From an uncultured Pseudomonadota bacterium (lineage in GTDB: Bacteria > Pseudomonadota > Alphaproteobacteria > RF32 > CAG-239), in the NCBI GenBank assembly GCA_949295025.1, contig CASFJK010000008.1, forward strand, positions 606 to 64,605: a DNA stretch of 64,000 nucleotides, read 5' to 3'. The first letter of the stretch is position 1; every line of letters begins with the position of its first letter. The position numbers and the translations under genes are program-made. Positions 29,389-40,192 of this stretch are shown one piece after another. A model generated the notes under the pieces. The model saw only the letters and a list, made by a program, of their open reading frames with translations. It searched no databases and had not been told where the DNA came from.

Positions 29389-30156
29389 ATGGAAAAATAT
29401 CAAAAGTTTCAGTTTGATAACTTCATTATAGATGAAGATAGTCAGCCTTATGCCGAAGACTGGGAAAATACACATATCAATGTAGAGCCTCAGGAAGAAG
29501 AGGTCATTTCTGAGCAAGCTCAGACAGAGACACCGGAAGATACCGAGATAAAAGAAGTAGAACCTCTCCTAGAACCGGAAGTTATTCCCGAACCCGAGCC
29601 TGAAGTTATTGAAGATATCATAACCTATACAGAAGAAGAGGTTCAGGAAAAAGAAAACAAAGCTCGTGCGGAAGGATATGATGCCGGCTATAAACAGGCT
29701 CAAACCGAGCAACAAGAAGAGCATAATCGTTTGTTGGTAGAAATTAACAATCATTTGATGTTGCTTTCAGCAGATATGAGCTCACAAACAAAAGCAGCAG
29801 ATAATCAATTAATAAATTTAAGTACGGCAATTATCCATCATCTTGTTCCGGTGATTGAAAAAGAGCAGGCTCAGAATTTAGTTAAAAACTTTTTAGAAAA
29901 GAATTTTTCTCAATTTAAAAACGAGAGTAAGTTGTCTTTTTACTTTCATCCGCAAACATTGCCATATGTTCAGGAAGAAATAGCGCATTTAGCCAATATT
30001 CATGATTATGAAGGTAAAATTTCTTTACATAAAGATGAGCAGATGCAAGTGGCTGATTGCCGCGTGGAATGGGAAAATGGCGGAGTTGAAAGAAATAGCA
30101 TAAAAATGCTGGACAAGATAGATAAAATATTTGATGCTAACAAAAGCAATGATTAG
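29389..30156 (+). CDS. fliH: Flagellar assembly protein FliH
   Basis: AEGYDAG repeat, DCRVEWENGG; position between fliG and fliN. Confidence 0.8.
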   Translation: MEKYQKFQFDNFIIDEDSQPYAEDWENTHINVEPQEEEVISEQAQTETPEDTEIKEVEPLLEPEVIPEPEPEVIEDIITYTEEEVQEKENKARAEGYDAGYKQAQTEQQEEHNRLLVEINNHLMLLSADMSSQTKAADNQLINLSTAIIHHLVPVIEKEQAQNLVKNFLEKNFSQFKNESKLSFYFHPQTLPYVQEEIAHLANIHDYEGKISLHKDEQMQVADCRVEWENGGVERNSIKMLDKIDKIFDANKSND

Positions 30157-30171
30157 AAAAAAGAGGGGACT

Positions 30172-30525
30172 ATGGTTGATAAAAATTTAGAATTAGATGA
30201 AATGCCGGATTCCGGAGCAGAAGGTGAAGAACCTATTTTGCGTACTCAGGAAGACATGGATAACTTTAATATTCCAAGTTCTGTTAATGATTTGGAAGCA
30301 GTTTATGAAATTCCGGTAAAAGTTTCTGCCGTTTTGGGAAAAACCAAAATGAAAGTAAGCCAATTAATGAGCTTGAACAAGGGCGCCATCATAGAATTGG
30401 ATCGTAAAGTCGGTGAAGCCATCGATATTTATGTTAACAATAATTTGGTTGCCAGAGGAGAAGTTGTTGTGGTTGATGATAAATTAGGCATAACCATGAC
30501 AGAAGTTGTTAAAGCAACAAAATAA
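30172..30525 (+). CDS. fliN: Motor switch protein FliN
   Basis: IPVKVSAVLG, ELDRKVGE, ARGEVVVV. Confidence 0.95.
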   Translation: MVDKNLELDEMPDSGAEGEEPILRTQEDMDNFNIPSSVNDLEAVYEIPVKVSAVLGKTKMKVSQLMSLNKGAIIELDRKVGEAIDIYVNNNLVARGEVVVVDDKLGITMTEVVKATK

Positions 30526-30554
30526 AAAGGCAATAAATAAAAGAGGGTATAAAA

Positions 30555-31886
30555 GTGGAACTGCTTATCGTTGGAACATTAGATGGTCAAATTGGAGCTG
30601 CCAGTAAAATTGCCATAGCTCAAGGCGGTCATGTTTCTTTAGCAGATAATGAAGATTCTGCATTGGAAATTTTGCGTTCCGGTAAATCGATAGAGTTGGT
30701 TATGATAGATGTAAAATTAGATGTCTATCGTTTTATCAAATCATTAGAAAGCGAGCGTATCAATGTTTTGGTAGTTGCTTGCGGTGTTGCCAATGATCCT
30801 AATTTAGCAGTTAAGGCAATCAAAGCCGGTGCTAAAGAATATATTCCCCTCCCACCGGATCCCGAGCTTATCGGTGCTGTTTTAGCAGCGGCAACACGCG
30901 AAAATCATGCTCTGATTTATGGCGACAAAAAAACAGAAGCAGTTTTAAAAATGGCAAAGCAAATTGCCCCCTCTGAAGCCAGTGTTTTATTAACCGGTGC
31001 ATCCGGAACCGGTAAGGAAATTTTTTCTCGTTTTATTCACGATAATTCCAAACGTGCCAATAAAAAGTTTGTGGCCGTAAACTGCGCCGCCATTCCCGAA
31101 ACTTTGTTGGAATCAGAACTTTTCGGTTATGAAAAAGGTGCTTTTACGGGAGCCGTTTCACGTCGTATCGGTAAGTTTGAAGAAGCGTCAGACGGAACCT
31201 TGCTTCTTGATGAAATTTCTGAAATGGATATCGGAATTCAGGCAAAATTACTGCGCGCCATTCAAGAAAAAGAAATTGACCGTATTGGCGGAAAAGCTCC
31301 GATAAAGGTCAATACACGCATTATCGCAACCTCTAACCGCGATTTGAACGAAGCTGTTAAAAATGGCACTTTCCGCCAAGACTTATACTATCGTTTGAAT
31401 GTTGTAAATATTCAGATTCCTTCATTGAAAGATCGTCCCGGAGATATTGTGGTTTTAGCCAAACATTTTGTAAAAAAATATTCAGAATTAAATGAATTTC
31501 CAATGAAACCCATGTCTGCAAAAGCAGAGGAAAAATTGTTAAATTATCTATGGCCCGGTAATGTGCGTGAGCTGGAAAACACAATACATCGTGCCGTTTT
31601 ATTAAGTACCGGAGATCAAATCGAAGAAGATGCCATCATTTTAGATGATGTCGATTCTATTATCAATAAAACAGAAAGCACATCTCCGGAACAAATTCCT
31701 CAAATAAAGCCTGTGTTTGGAACAACTGTGGCCGCAATGGAAAGAAATTTGATTATAGATACGCTTAAACACACATTAGGCAATCGTACGGTTGCTGCTC
31801 AAATTTTAGGAATTTCGATTCGCACGTTGCGAAATAAACTCAAACAATATGAATCTGAAGGCTTTGACATAGCAGCAGAAAACTAG
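30555..31886 (+). CDS. flbD: sigma54-dependent flagellar activator FlbD
   Basis: Receiver domain, GASGTGKE, ESELFGYEKGAFTGA, WPGNVRELEN, Fis-type HTH. Confidence 0.9.
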   Translation: MELLIVGTLDGQIGAASKIAIAQGGHVSLADNEDSALEILRSGKSIELVMIDVKLDVYRFIKSLESERINVLVVACGVANDPNLAVKAIKAGAKEYIPLPPDPELIGAVLAAATRENHALIYGDKKTEAVLKMAKQIAPSEASVLLTGASGTGKEIFSRFIHDNSKRANKKFVAVNCAAIPETLLESELFGYEKGAFTGAVSRRIGKFEEASDGTLLLDEISEMDIGIQAKLLRAIQEKEIDRIGGKAPIKVNTRIIATSNRDLNEAVKNGTFRQDLYYRLNVVNIQIPSLKDRPGDIVVLAKHFVKKYSELNEFPMKPMSAKAEEKLLNYLWPGNVRELENTIHRAVLLSTGDQIEEDAIILDDVDSIINKTESTSPEQIPQIKPVFGTTVAAMERNLIIDTLKHTLGNRTVAAQILGISIRTLRNKLKQYESEGFDIAAEN

Positions 31887-31904
31887 GATTAATGGTAAGA
31901 AGCA

Positions 31905-34007
31905 ATGCAAAATAACATATTTGGCAATAAATCATTTAAGGATATGTTGGTCGGCGCAACCAAGCGCGGCGATTTGTTTTTTGCCTTATCCATTATTTTG
32001 ATGTTGGTGATTTTGATTATGCCGATGCCGGCATGGCTGTTGGATATAGCTTTAGCTTTATCCATAACAATGTCTTGCTTGGTTTTAATGACGGCAATTT
32101 TTATTGAAAAACCAACGGAGTTTAGTGCATTCCCATTGGTTTTATTGATTACCACCATGTATCGTTTAGCTCTAAACTTAGCATCAACACGTTTGATTCT
32201 ATCCAGAGGTTATATCGGTCCCGATGCCGCCGGTGAAGTTATTAAGGCCTTTGGTGGTTTTATTATGGGTAACAACTTTGTCATCGGTGTAATTGTATTT
32301 GCAATTTTGGTTTTGGTAAATTTTGTTGTAATTACCAAAGGTTCAGGTCGTATTGCTGAGGTTGCTGCTCGTTTTGCATTAGATGCCATGCCTGGTAAAC
32401 AAATGGCTATTGATGCTGACTTATCTTCTGGTTTGATCAATGAAGATGAGGCCAGAAAACGTCGTGAAGATTTATCAAAAGAAAGTTCTTTTTACGGAGC
32501 CATGGACGGTGCCAGCAAGTTCGTAAGAGGAGATGCCATCGCCGGCTTATTAATCACGTTCATTAATATTGTTGCCGGTATTATCATCGGAATGGTTCAA
32601 AATGATTTAACTTTTGCAGAAGCCGGTTCAACCTATACACAGTTGACGGTAGGTGATGGCTTGGTCTCTCAGGTTCCGGCATTGATTGTTTCTGTCGCTG
32701 CAGGTATTTTGGTTTCTAAAGCAGGTATGACAGATGCCACAGATAAGGTTTTGTTTGATCAAGTTGCAAATTATCCAAAAGCATTAGGAATGTCTGCTTT
32801 CTTGGCTTTGGCTTTGGGCATGCTTCCCGGCACACCGGCAATACCATTTGTCTTGCTGGCAAGTTTAACCGGAAGTACGGCTTACTATTTGGATAAAAGG
32901 CAGAAAGAAGTTGCGGCACAAGCTCAGGAAGTTATGGAGCAAGAGCAAAAGCAAGTAGGCGCCAAAGCAGTTGAAGAACCAATTTCCAATGTGTTGAGAA
33001 TAGATTTAATCCGACTGGAAATCGGCTATGGCTTACTTCCGTTAATCAATGAAGAAACCAATAAAAAATTAACCGATCAAATCAAAGCTCTACGTCGAGC
33101 CTTAGCAGCAGAGTTAGGTTTTGTGATGCCGTCGATTCGCATTCAAGATAATATGCAATTAGCTCCAAACGAATATAATATCTATATCAAAGAAGTAAAA
33201 GCAGGTCGTGGCGAACTGCGTCCGACCCAATTGTTGGTTATGGATCCGCGCGGAGAAAAGATTAATCTCCCTGGTGAAGATACAACCGAGCCAACATTTG
33301 GTTTGAAGGCTATGTGGGTAGATCAATCTTATCGTGAAGAAGCCATGTTCAGAGGCTATACCGTGGTTGATCCGTCAACGGTTGTTACCACTCATATTAC
33401 CGAGCTGGTAAAAGATAATATGCCGGAATTATTGTCATATGCCGAAACACAAAAATTGCTTGATGAGTTGGATAAAGAGCAACAAAGATTGGTTAAAGAG
33501 CTTATTCCGAACAAAGTCAGTTTGGGTGCTGTTCAAAGAATTTTGCAAAATCTGCTGCAAGAACGTGTTTCTATTCGCGATTTGCCCACCATTTTGGAAG
33601 GTATTTCCGAAGCTGTAACCACCACACGAAGTTTGATGATGATAACCGAACACGTCCGCACGCGCTTGTCTCGACAATTATCCAATGCATATGCCAATGA
33701 GTTTGGCGTCATTTCATTGGTAACATTATCTCCAAATTGGGAACAAGCCTTTGCGGAAGCCATTGTCGGAGAAGGCGATGATCGTCAGTTGGCTATGGCT
33801 CCAAGCACATTACAAGGTTTCATCACCAAGGTTAGGGATGTGATTGAAAATTTGGCCGCCAAAGGTGAAAATCCGGTACTCTTAACCAGTCCGAATATTC
33901 GTCCTTTTGTCCGTTCCATCATAGAGCGTTTTCGCCCGATGACAGTGGTCATGTCTCAAAATGAAATTCACCCTAAAGCCAAAATAAAAACTGTGGGACA
34001 AATTTGA
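31905..34007 (+). CDS. flhA: Export gate protein FlhA
   Basis: RIAEVAARFALDAMPGKQMAIDADL, GAMDGASKFVRGDA. Confidence 0.98.
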   Translation: MQNNIFGNKSFKDMLVGATKRGDLFFALSIILMLVILIMPMPAWLLDIALALSITMSCLVLMTAIFIEKPTEFSAFPLVLLITTMYRLALNLASTRLILSRGYIGPDAAGEVIKAFGGFIMGNNFVIGVIVFAILVLVNFVVITKGSGRIAEVAARFALDAMPGKQMAIDADLSSGLINEDEARKRREDLSKESSFYGAMDGASKFVRGDAIAGLLITFINIVAGIIIGMVQNDLTFAEAGSTYTQLTVGDGLVSQVPALIVSVAAGILVSKAGMTDATDKVLFDQVANYPKALGMSAFLALALGMLPGTPAIPFVLLASLTGSTAYYLDKRQKEVAAQAQEVMEQEQKQVGAKAVEEPISNVLRIDLIRLEIGYGLLPLINEETNKKLTDQIKALRRALAAELGFVMPSIRIQDNMQLAPNEYNIYIKEVKAGRGELRPTQLLVMDPRGEKINLPGEDTTEPTFGLKAMWVDQSYREEAMFRGYTVVDPSTVVTTHITELVKDNMPELLSYAETQKLLDELDKEQQRLVKELIPNKVSLGAVQRILQNLLQERVSIRDLPTILEGISEAVTTTRSLMMITEHVRTRLSRQLSNAYANEFGVISLVTLSPNWEQAFAEAIVGEGDDRQLAMAPSTLQGFITKVRDVIENLAAKGENPVLLTSPNIRPFVRSIIERFRPMTVVMSQNEIHPKAKIKTVGQI

Positions 34008-34017
34008 GGTTTAGAAA

Positions 34018-34980
34018 ATGAGAATCAAACAAATTACCGCAGCAAATATGACGGAGGCGCTGGCACAAATCAAGTCAGAATTAGGGGATGATGCGATAAT
34101 TGTTTCTTCAGAAAAAGCCAAAGATGGCAGTGTTCAAGTTTCCGTAGCGCTGGATGAAGCAGAAGAATTATTTTTTGATGACAATGAACAGCTTGACGTT
34201 GTTTCATCTTCGGGCATGATGTCCGAGCAACATATTCGTGATTGTTTGGAGTATCATGGTGTATTAGATGTTGTATCAGGAAAAATTTTAGCCACCATCA
34301 GACAAGAGCAACAATTGTTTCCCAATATATCAGAAACCGAGGTTCTAGAAAAAACACTCACAAAATTATATGCCTATGGGAATATGTTGGATATCCGCCA
34401 ACCAGTCAAAATTTTTATGGGTACCCCGGGGAGTGGAAAGTCAACAGCCATTGCCAAGGTTGCAACACAAGCCAAAATCAATGGCGTTTCTTGTTGTATT
34501 ATCAGTACGGATAATGTTCGTGCCGGAGCAAACAAGCAGTTGGAAGCTTATGCCAAAATATTGGAAGTGGATTTTTATTTTTGTAAGGATGCGCAAGAGC
34601 TATCAGATAAAGTAAATGCTTGCCGAAATAAATATAACTTGATTTTGATTGATACACCCGGAATCAATCCGTTTATAGAAAAAGAGATAAAACGGGTAAC
34701 AGATTTTTGCCAGAATTTGAAAGGACAAAAAATTCTAACTTTGGATGCAGGTCGAAATCCTATGGAAGCAGTTGAAATTGGTGAGGTGTTTATGGATATC
34801 GGTGCCAGATATTTATTACCCACAAGGCTCGATTTAACGCGCCGCATTGGAACCGTTTTGTCTGTGGCTGCCTGCTGTGATATGAGTTTTTATGCTGCAA
34901 GTGTCAGTGCTTCAATTGCAAATGGCTTGGCAGAAATAAACAGCGCATCTTTAACAAAATTAATTTTAAGTGAAGTATAA
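34018..34980 (+). CDS. flhF: SRP-family GTPase FlhF
   Basis: GTPGSGKST, DNVRAGA, DTPG, TRLD; position after flhA. Confidence 0.85.
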   Translation: MRIKQITAANMTEALAQIKSELGDDAIIVSSEKAKDGSVQVSVALDEAEELFFDDNEQLDVVSSSGMMSEQHIRDCLEYHGVLDVVSGKILATIRQEQQLFPNISETEVLEKTLTKLYAYGNMLDIRQPVKIFMGTPGSGKSTAIAKVATQAKINGVSCCIISTDNVRAGANKQLEAYAKILEVDFYFCKDAQELSDKVNACRNKYNLILIDTPGINPFIEKEIKRVTDFCQNLKGQKILTLDAGRNPMEAVEIGEVFMDIGARYLLPTRLDLTRRIGTVLSVAACCDMSFYAASVSASIANGLAEINSASLTKLILSEV

Positions 34981-34995
34981 AACAGGACTAAAGTA

Positions 34996-35808
34996 ATGGA
35001 AAATCAAACCACGGAAGAATTAAAAATAATGCCGAGAGCACCTTTGAGCCGTAGTGTGAAAAAAGGACGTAACATGATAGCTGTTGCTTCCGGTAAAGGC
35101 GGTGTTGGTAAAACATGGTTTTCCATCACATTAGCACATGCTTTAAGTTTGCTGAAACAAAAAACACTTTTGTTTGATGGTGACTTAGGTTTAGCCAACA
35201 TAGACATTCAGCTTGGTCTCATGTCAAAATATGATTTAGGGAGTGTTATTGCCGGAAAAGTAACGCTCAATCAAGTAGTGCAACAGTGCACAAAAGGTCA
35301 TTTTGATATCATTGCCGGTAGATCAGGTTCTGCAGGTTTGGCATCTATGCCGATTGGCAGATTGCAAATTTTAGGAGAGGATTTATCTCTGTTGGCATCA
35401 TCTTATAACAAAGTGATTTTGGATATGGGAGCAGGTGTAGAAAAGCCGGTACGTATTTTGTCCGGCATGGCAGAAAAAATCATAGTTGTTTGTACGGATG
35501 AACCAACATCTTTAACAGATGCCTATGCATTTATAAAAATCATGACAATGCAATATCCCAGAAGTGAAATCAGCTTGGTTGTAAATCAGGCCAATTCCAT
35601 TCGCGAAGGACAAAGAACCTATGATACTTTGCTCAAAGCTTGTAACAATTTCTTAAAGATCAATCCGCCGCTTTTGGGAATTATTCGTCGAGATACCAGA
35701 GTTCGAGATGCAATACGCAATCAAACCCCGATTATCATGCGTTATCCAACATCGGAAGCAGCAGAAGATGTAATAGCCATAGCCAAAAGGTTGTTAGCAA
35801 ATGGATAA
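34996..35808 (+). CDS. flhG: MinD-like ATPase FlhG/FleN
   Basis: SGKGGVGKT, DGDLGLAN, EPTSLTDAYA. Confidence 0.9.
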   Translation: MENQTTEELKIMPRAPLSRSVKKGRNMIAVASGKGGVGKTWFSITLAHALSLLKQKTLLFDGDLGLANIDIQLGLMSKYDLGSVIAGKVTLNQVVQQCTKGHFDIIAGRSGSAGLASMPIGRLQILGEDLSLLASSYNKVILDMGAGVEKPVRILSGMAEKIIVVCTDEPTSLTDAYAFIKIMTMQYPRSEISLVVNQANSIREGQRTYDTLLKACNNFLKINPPLLGIIRRDTRVRDAIRNQTPIIMRYPTSEAAEDVIAIAKRLLANG

Positions 35809-37639
35809 TCTGATTCCGCCTCTGACTTCAACTTTGCCGAATGTTTCCGGTACGGAAAATGAAATAACCGGAACGGTAACGGATTTGCCGGAAGAAGTGC
35901 AAATTGCATTAAAGCCCGGACAAAGTTACCTTTTGCAAATTTTAATGACGGAAGATTCTTTGTCTCTTGCAGCGGAAAACAAAGTTCCGGCGCAAATAGA
36001 TATAGAAGGTAAAAAAGTTCCTCTTAATATTAAGCTAGACAAACCGATAAAGCTTCCAGAAAAGCAAGAAGCAAACATTCAAATTAAAGTCTCATCAATA
36101 AATGATGCCGGTCAGGCAGATGTAAAAATTCAGGCTATTAACAATGAAAAAATATCGCGCTACCTTCAACGCGTTGCTGTAGCAGAAAGTTTAGGTGAAA
36201 GTTTTTCACTATCAAACAAAATTCCGGAAACAGTTGTTTCTGATAAAAGCTTGCAAAGTTCAAATTTTATAGAAAACACATCACAACAAACAACTTCAAA
36301 GGTCGAAAATATCAAAACCTCATTAACACCGGAAATCAAACCGCAAACAGAAATAAAAACTGAGGCATCTGTTGTTTTTGATGTGGCTAAAAATAAAAAT
36401 ATTTCAGAGTTTCATCCCCTCAAAATAGGACAGATGCTGAAAGATTTGACTGTAAAATTGCATTTACCTTCAGATGTCGGTAAACTATTGGATGAAAATT
36501 TTCAACAAGCAGAAATCAAAGTCAATTTACATCTGGAAGATTTAAGCCGTTTAGATAATCAAATTGCAGAAAAACCCATCCACAATACATTAGATCGAAT
36601 AGAGCTTATTTTGAAAAATTTTTCAGATAATATAAATAAGCAAAAGCCTCAGGTTTCAGATGTTGAACATTTTATCTATCAGATAAAAAATGAATTATTA
36701 CCGTTAAAAAATACCTTAATGACGGGTACGGCTTTTTCAAATGCTGATAATAAATTATTGGCTTTGCGCACAACTTTAGGAAATTTTCTACCGGATAAAA
36801 TCTTGAAGGTTGAAAATTTGAGCAATGTAACGCTTGAAGTTACGGATATCAAGTTTCCGGAAAAAGTTTCTCCAGAGCATTTAAAAGAATTAAATGCCAG
36901 CCATCAACTAACGCAAAACTTGCCGTCAATATTAGATATTTTTAAAGATTTTCTATCTTCTCAAATTCAACCTCAATCCGAAATGGATAAATTGTTGGAT
37001 ATTTTTAAAACTTTGCATAAAAACGGACATGAAGATTTGGCTCAAAAAATTATGCAAAAATTTCCCCAAGCAGAGGGACCATTGTTAGAAAATATTTTTC
37101 ATTTTGTAAAAGGAGCCGGTAGGCATAATCCGGAATTATGGTTGGGCAAAGAGATTGTTGAAGAGTTGCAAAACTTAGGTAAAGATGGGCAAGAAGTATC
37201 TGTGCGTTTGACTGATTTTATGAGTTCTTCTGTACGCGATACTGGAAGTTGGAAAATTATCAATCTTCCCATAATTAATGGCGAACAATTGAGTAAAATT
37301 CGTTTAGCAATCAAAAATCTTCAAGATGGAGAAAATAAAAAAGAAGAGCTTCGTCACAAAAAAGCTGCCCGTTTTGTTGTTGATACCATATTCACAAATC
37401 TGGGCTCATTTCAGTTTGATGGTTTTTCTTTTGTAAAAGAACGCCAGTTTGATTTAATTATTCGCACATCAAAAAATATTGACGATGACTTGAAAAGCAA
37501 CATTTTTCGCATATTTAAAATGACATTAAATAATTTGCATTATGCTGGAACAATAAAAATAAATGTTAAAGAAAATTTTATAAAAATATGCGAAGATGAA
37601 TCAAAGTCGGAAACACTTAAACAGGGGCTTTATGTCTGA
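35801..37639 (+). CDS. Hypothetical protein with FliK-like C-terminal domain
   Basis: C-terminal RFVVDTIFTNLGSFQFDG...FDLIIR; overlaps flhG stop. Confidence 0.6.
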   Translation: MDNLIPPLTSTLPNVSGTENEITGTVTDLPEEVQIALKPGQSYLLQILMTEDSLSLAAENKVPAQIDIEGKKVPLNIKLDKPIKLPEKQEANIQIKVSSINDAGQADVKIQAINNEKISRYLQRVAVAESLGESFSLSNKIPETVVSDKSLQSSNFIENTSQQTTSKVENIKTSLTPEIKPQTEIKTEASVVFDVAKNKNISEFHPLKIGQMLKDLTVKLHLPSDVGKLLDENFQQAEIKVNLHLEDLSRLDNQIAEKPIHNTLDRIELILKNFSDNINKQKPQVSDVEHFIYQIKNELLPLKNTLMTGTAFSNADNKLLALRTTLGNFLPDKILKVENLSNVTLEVTDIKFPEKVSPEHLKELNASHQLTQNLPSILDIFKDFLSSQIQPQSEMDKLLDIFKTLHKNGHEDLAQKIMQKFPQAEGPLLENIFHFVKGAGRHNPELWLGKEIVEELQNLGKDGQEVSVRLTDFMSSSVRDTGSWKIINLPIINGEQLSKIRLAIKNLQDGENKKEELRHKKAARFVVDTIFTNLGSFQFDGFSFVKERQFDLIIRTSKNIDDDLKSNIFRIFKMTLNNLHYAGTIKINVKENFIKICEDESKSETLKQGLYV

Positions 37640-38808
37640 TGAATGCAACAGAAACATATAGTAGAGATGCGCTAGGTTATTACCGCATTTTAAGCATTTT
37701 ACCTGACGCAGATGAAAATCAAGCCAAACAAAAATATAGAGAAAGAGCCAAAGTTTGGCATCCTGATCACAATAGCAGTGATGAAGCAAAAGAAAATTTT
37801 CAAAAATTATCTGTTGCATATGATATAATCAGTAATGAAGATAAACGTCTGACATACGATTTATTGTGTAGCGCTTATACCAGAGCCAATTTTCCGCCTA
37901 TGTTTGCCTTAAAACCCTATCGTAATTTAGACGGTAAAGATGATTTTAACTTAAAAGCCGTCAGCTTAACGAAAGTTATTGGTAAAATTATCAAAACCGA
38001 AATTAAAAAAGAAGACAAAATTTGTAACTATGCCGAAGCTATAAAAGAGGTTTTCAAAGCCTCAATTAACAATTGGCTGTTAGGTTGGTGGGGAATTAAA
38101 GCTTTTCCGTACAATCTTAAAGCTTTGGTTGAAAATTTTCATAATATTGGTCACAATCGTGCTGAAAATTATCGTTTGTGGCTGCACAATGCCGTAGCTT
38201 ATTGGCAAAACAAACAAATCGGTAATGCATATGTCGCAGCCATAATTGCCGGACAATATGCTGATGACAAACAAAAGCTGTTGCTCAAGAAATTAATTTC
38301 TAAATTAGGCTTAAAACCTAAATTTAAATTACAAAATTGGAATATGTTTTTGTTGCAAGCGGTACAATTGGTAATGCCGCTAATACTTCTGTTTGCCGCT
38401 TTATTACCCTTAAGCGTGAAAGTGGTTAGCGAAAGTGATTTGTGGAATTATTTCAACAAGCAAAAAAGCATAGTTTATAATCAAGAGGTTCGTTTTAACA
38501 GTGGCGGCAGTATCAGTGATGATATGGTCGTTGGAAAAATTATTAAAATTCCGGTAGATTTAACGGATATGTCAAAACTCTATCATGTAACATCAGAGCA
38601 AAAAGTTATGTATGGCCCGGCGGATGATTTTGATGTCTTGAAAAAATTAAAAACAGGTACAACCGTTCGCATTACCGGCATAACTCCAGATGAAAATTGG
38701 TATCGTGTTATGCTTGATGAGGGCGAAATGGGATTTATTAGAAAAGAAAATTTAGCTCAAGGCATTGGAAATGATATTCCTTACGGGAGCCAAATCTTTC
38801 ATAAATAA
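37639..38808 (+). CDS. J-domain membrane protein with C-terminal SH3b domain
   Basis: YYRIL...WHPDHN J-domain, TM segment, YGPADDF...WYRV...GFI; TGATG coupling. Confidence 0.85.
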   Translation: MNATETYSRDALGYYRILSILPDADENQAKQKYRERAKVWHPDHNSSDEAKENFQKLSVAYDIISNEDKRLTYDLLCSAYTRANFPPMFALKPYRNLDGKDDFNLKAVSLTKVIGKIIKTEIKKEDKICNYAEAIKEVFKASINNWLLGWWGIKAFPYNLKALVENFHNIGHNRAENYRLWLHNAVAYWQNKQIGNAYVAAIIAGQYADDKQKLLLKKLISKLGLKPKFKLQNWNMFLLQAVQLVMPLILLFAALLPLSVKVVSESDLWNYFNKQKSIVYNQEVRFNSGGSISDDMVVGKIIKIPVDLTDMSKLYHVTSEQKVMYGPADDFDVLKKLKTGTTVRITGITPDENWYRVMLDEGEMGFIRKENLAQGIGNDIPYGSQIFHK

Positions 38809-38920
38809 ATTTTATATAAGAAAATCCTAAAATACTTGCTTTGTAAAAAAATATATGATATAAGCCATACGAAAATAAAATTATTAAGAGAATTTTTTGT
38901 TTAATTTAAATATTTTTTTT

Positions 38921-40153
38921 ATGGCAATTTCAATTATAGAACTTCAAAAGAAGTTTTCGTTATTCAATGTTGGTGATAAGCGCCAGGGTGTTATTGTTTC
39001 AGAAGTCAATGGAGAAATTCAGGTTAAGTTGCAAGGTGGAGCTTTAGGCTTCATCAATGCCAACAACTTGGATTTTTATAAAAGAAGTGGAATAAATCTA
39101 TCTGTGGGCAGGGGTTTCGAATTTGAAATCAGTGATATTAAGTCAGGTATTCCATATTTGATACTTTCAGCTGAATATATATTTGCAAACTCATACCACA
39201 AAGCGAGAGTTCGTTTTTCTGGAACGCAAGGCGTTGTTGTCGAATTTGATTGGAACAAAGCCTTGAATATCGGATTTTACAATCCGGTTTTGGGTTTGCC
39301 TGATGAATTTACAGTTTTGGAGGAAAATACTCCTGTTGTCTGTAAAGGTCTGACCCCCAGACAAGATTTCTATGAAGTCGATACAATGCAGTTGGATGAA
39401 CTTCCTGAAAATATTGAAGAAGAAGCTTCGGATGAAGTTGACGATACAGAATTTGATTTCCCTTCCAAATGGAATGATGATGAAGTTCGGCAATATATTA
39501 AAGATCATGGCGGTTTTCTTTCTAAAGGTGCATACAAAGTTGGCGAATGCTACATTGCGAGCATTGTTAGAGGACAATTGATAAAGTTCAAAGATGATAG
39601 CAAAGCAACTATCAAACAAAAAGCAGATAATCAATTGCAGCCGATAGAAGGAGACAAAGTTGTTGTACGTCTGCTCAAAATCTACGATTTTGGCGATATG
39701 AAAGAAGTGGAACTGTTAAACATCGTCGATGAAAAATATTGCCGTTGGTTTAGTAAAAAGCAAAATAAGCAGTTTTTACCTGAATGTGCAGATGCCAAGC
39801 AGAAAAACAGACATTCTGTGATTGATAGCGGTTTTGTCTTTGGTCAACGTGATGATAGTGTCTTTAATGAAGGCAAAAAGAATGGATCAGAGATTAGTTT
39901 TGAACGCTATTGGTTAGGTTTCTTATACAAAGCAAAGGTCAAAAACAGATATCCGGTTTTGCTTGATAATTTGGCTCAACCAATTCAAATCACTTTGGTC
40001 GAAAATCCTGATTACAGTGTTCTGTCTGATGAAGATATTGTCTTCGTTCGATTGCTTTTCATCAAAAAAGAAGGAACATCAGTTCATTTTACCATGAGGG
40101 TAGAATTTGAACGAGCTTACAAACCGGAAGATGACAGTTATTTCATTGCCTAA
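38921..40153 (+). CDS. Orphan protein with S1/OB-fold-like segments, no SD
   Basis: FNVGDKRQGVIV...VKLQGGALGFI; AYKVGECYIASI; promoter TTGCTT-N17-TATAAG. Confidence 0.6.
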   Translation: MAISIIELQKKFSLFNVGDKRQGVIVSEVNGEIQVKLQGGALGFINANNLDFYKRSGINLSVGRGFEFEISDIKSGIPYLILSAEYIFANSYHKARVRFSGTQGVVVEFDWNKALNIGFYNPVLGLPDEFTVLEENTPVVCKGLTPRQDFYEVDTMQLDELPENIEEEASDEVDDTEFDFPSKWNDDEVRQYIKDHGGFLSKGAYKVGECYIASIVRGQLIKFKDDSKATIKQKADNQLQPIEGDKVVVRLLKIYDFGDMKEVELLNIVDEKYCRWFSKKQNKQFLPECADAKQKNRHSVIDSGFVFGQRDDSVFNEGKKNGSEISFERYWLGFLYKAKVKNRYPVLLDNLAQPIQITLVENPDYSVLSDEDIVFVRLLFIKKEGTSVHFTMRVEFERAYKPEDDSYFIA

Positions 40154-40192
40154 AAAAAGAAAGCCATTCTGATAAAGAATGGCTTTCTTTTT
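40152..40192. terminator. Bidirectional terminator
   Basis: AAAGAAAGCCATTCT-GATAA-AGAATGGCTTTCTTT. Confidence 0.9.
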
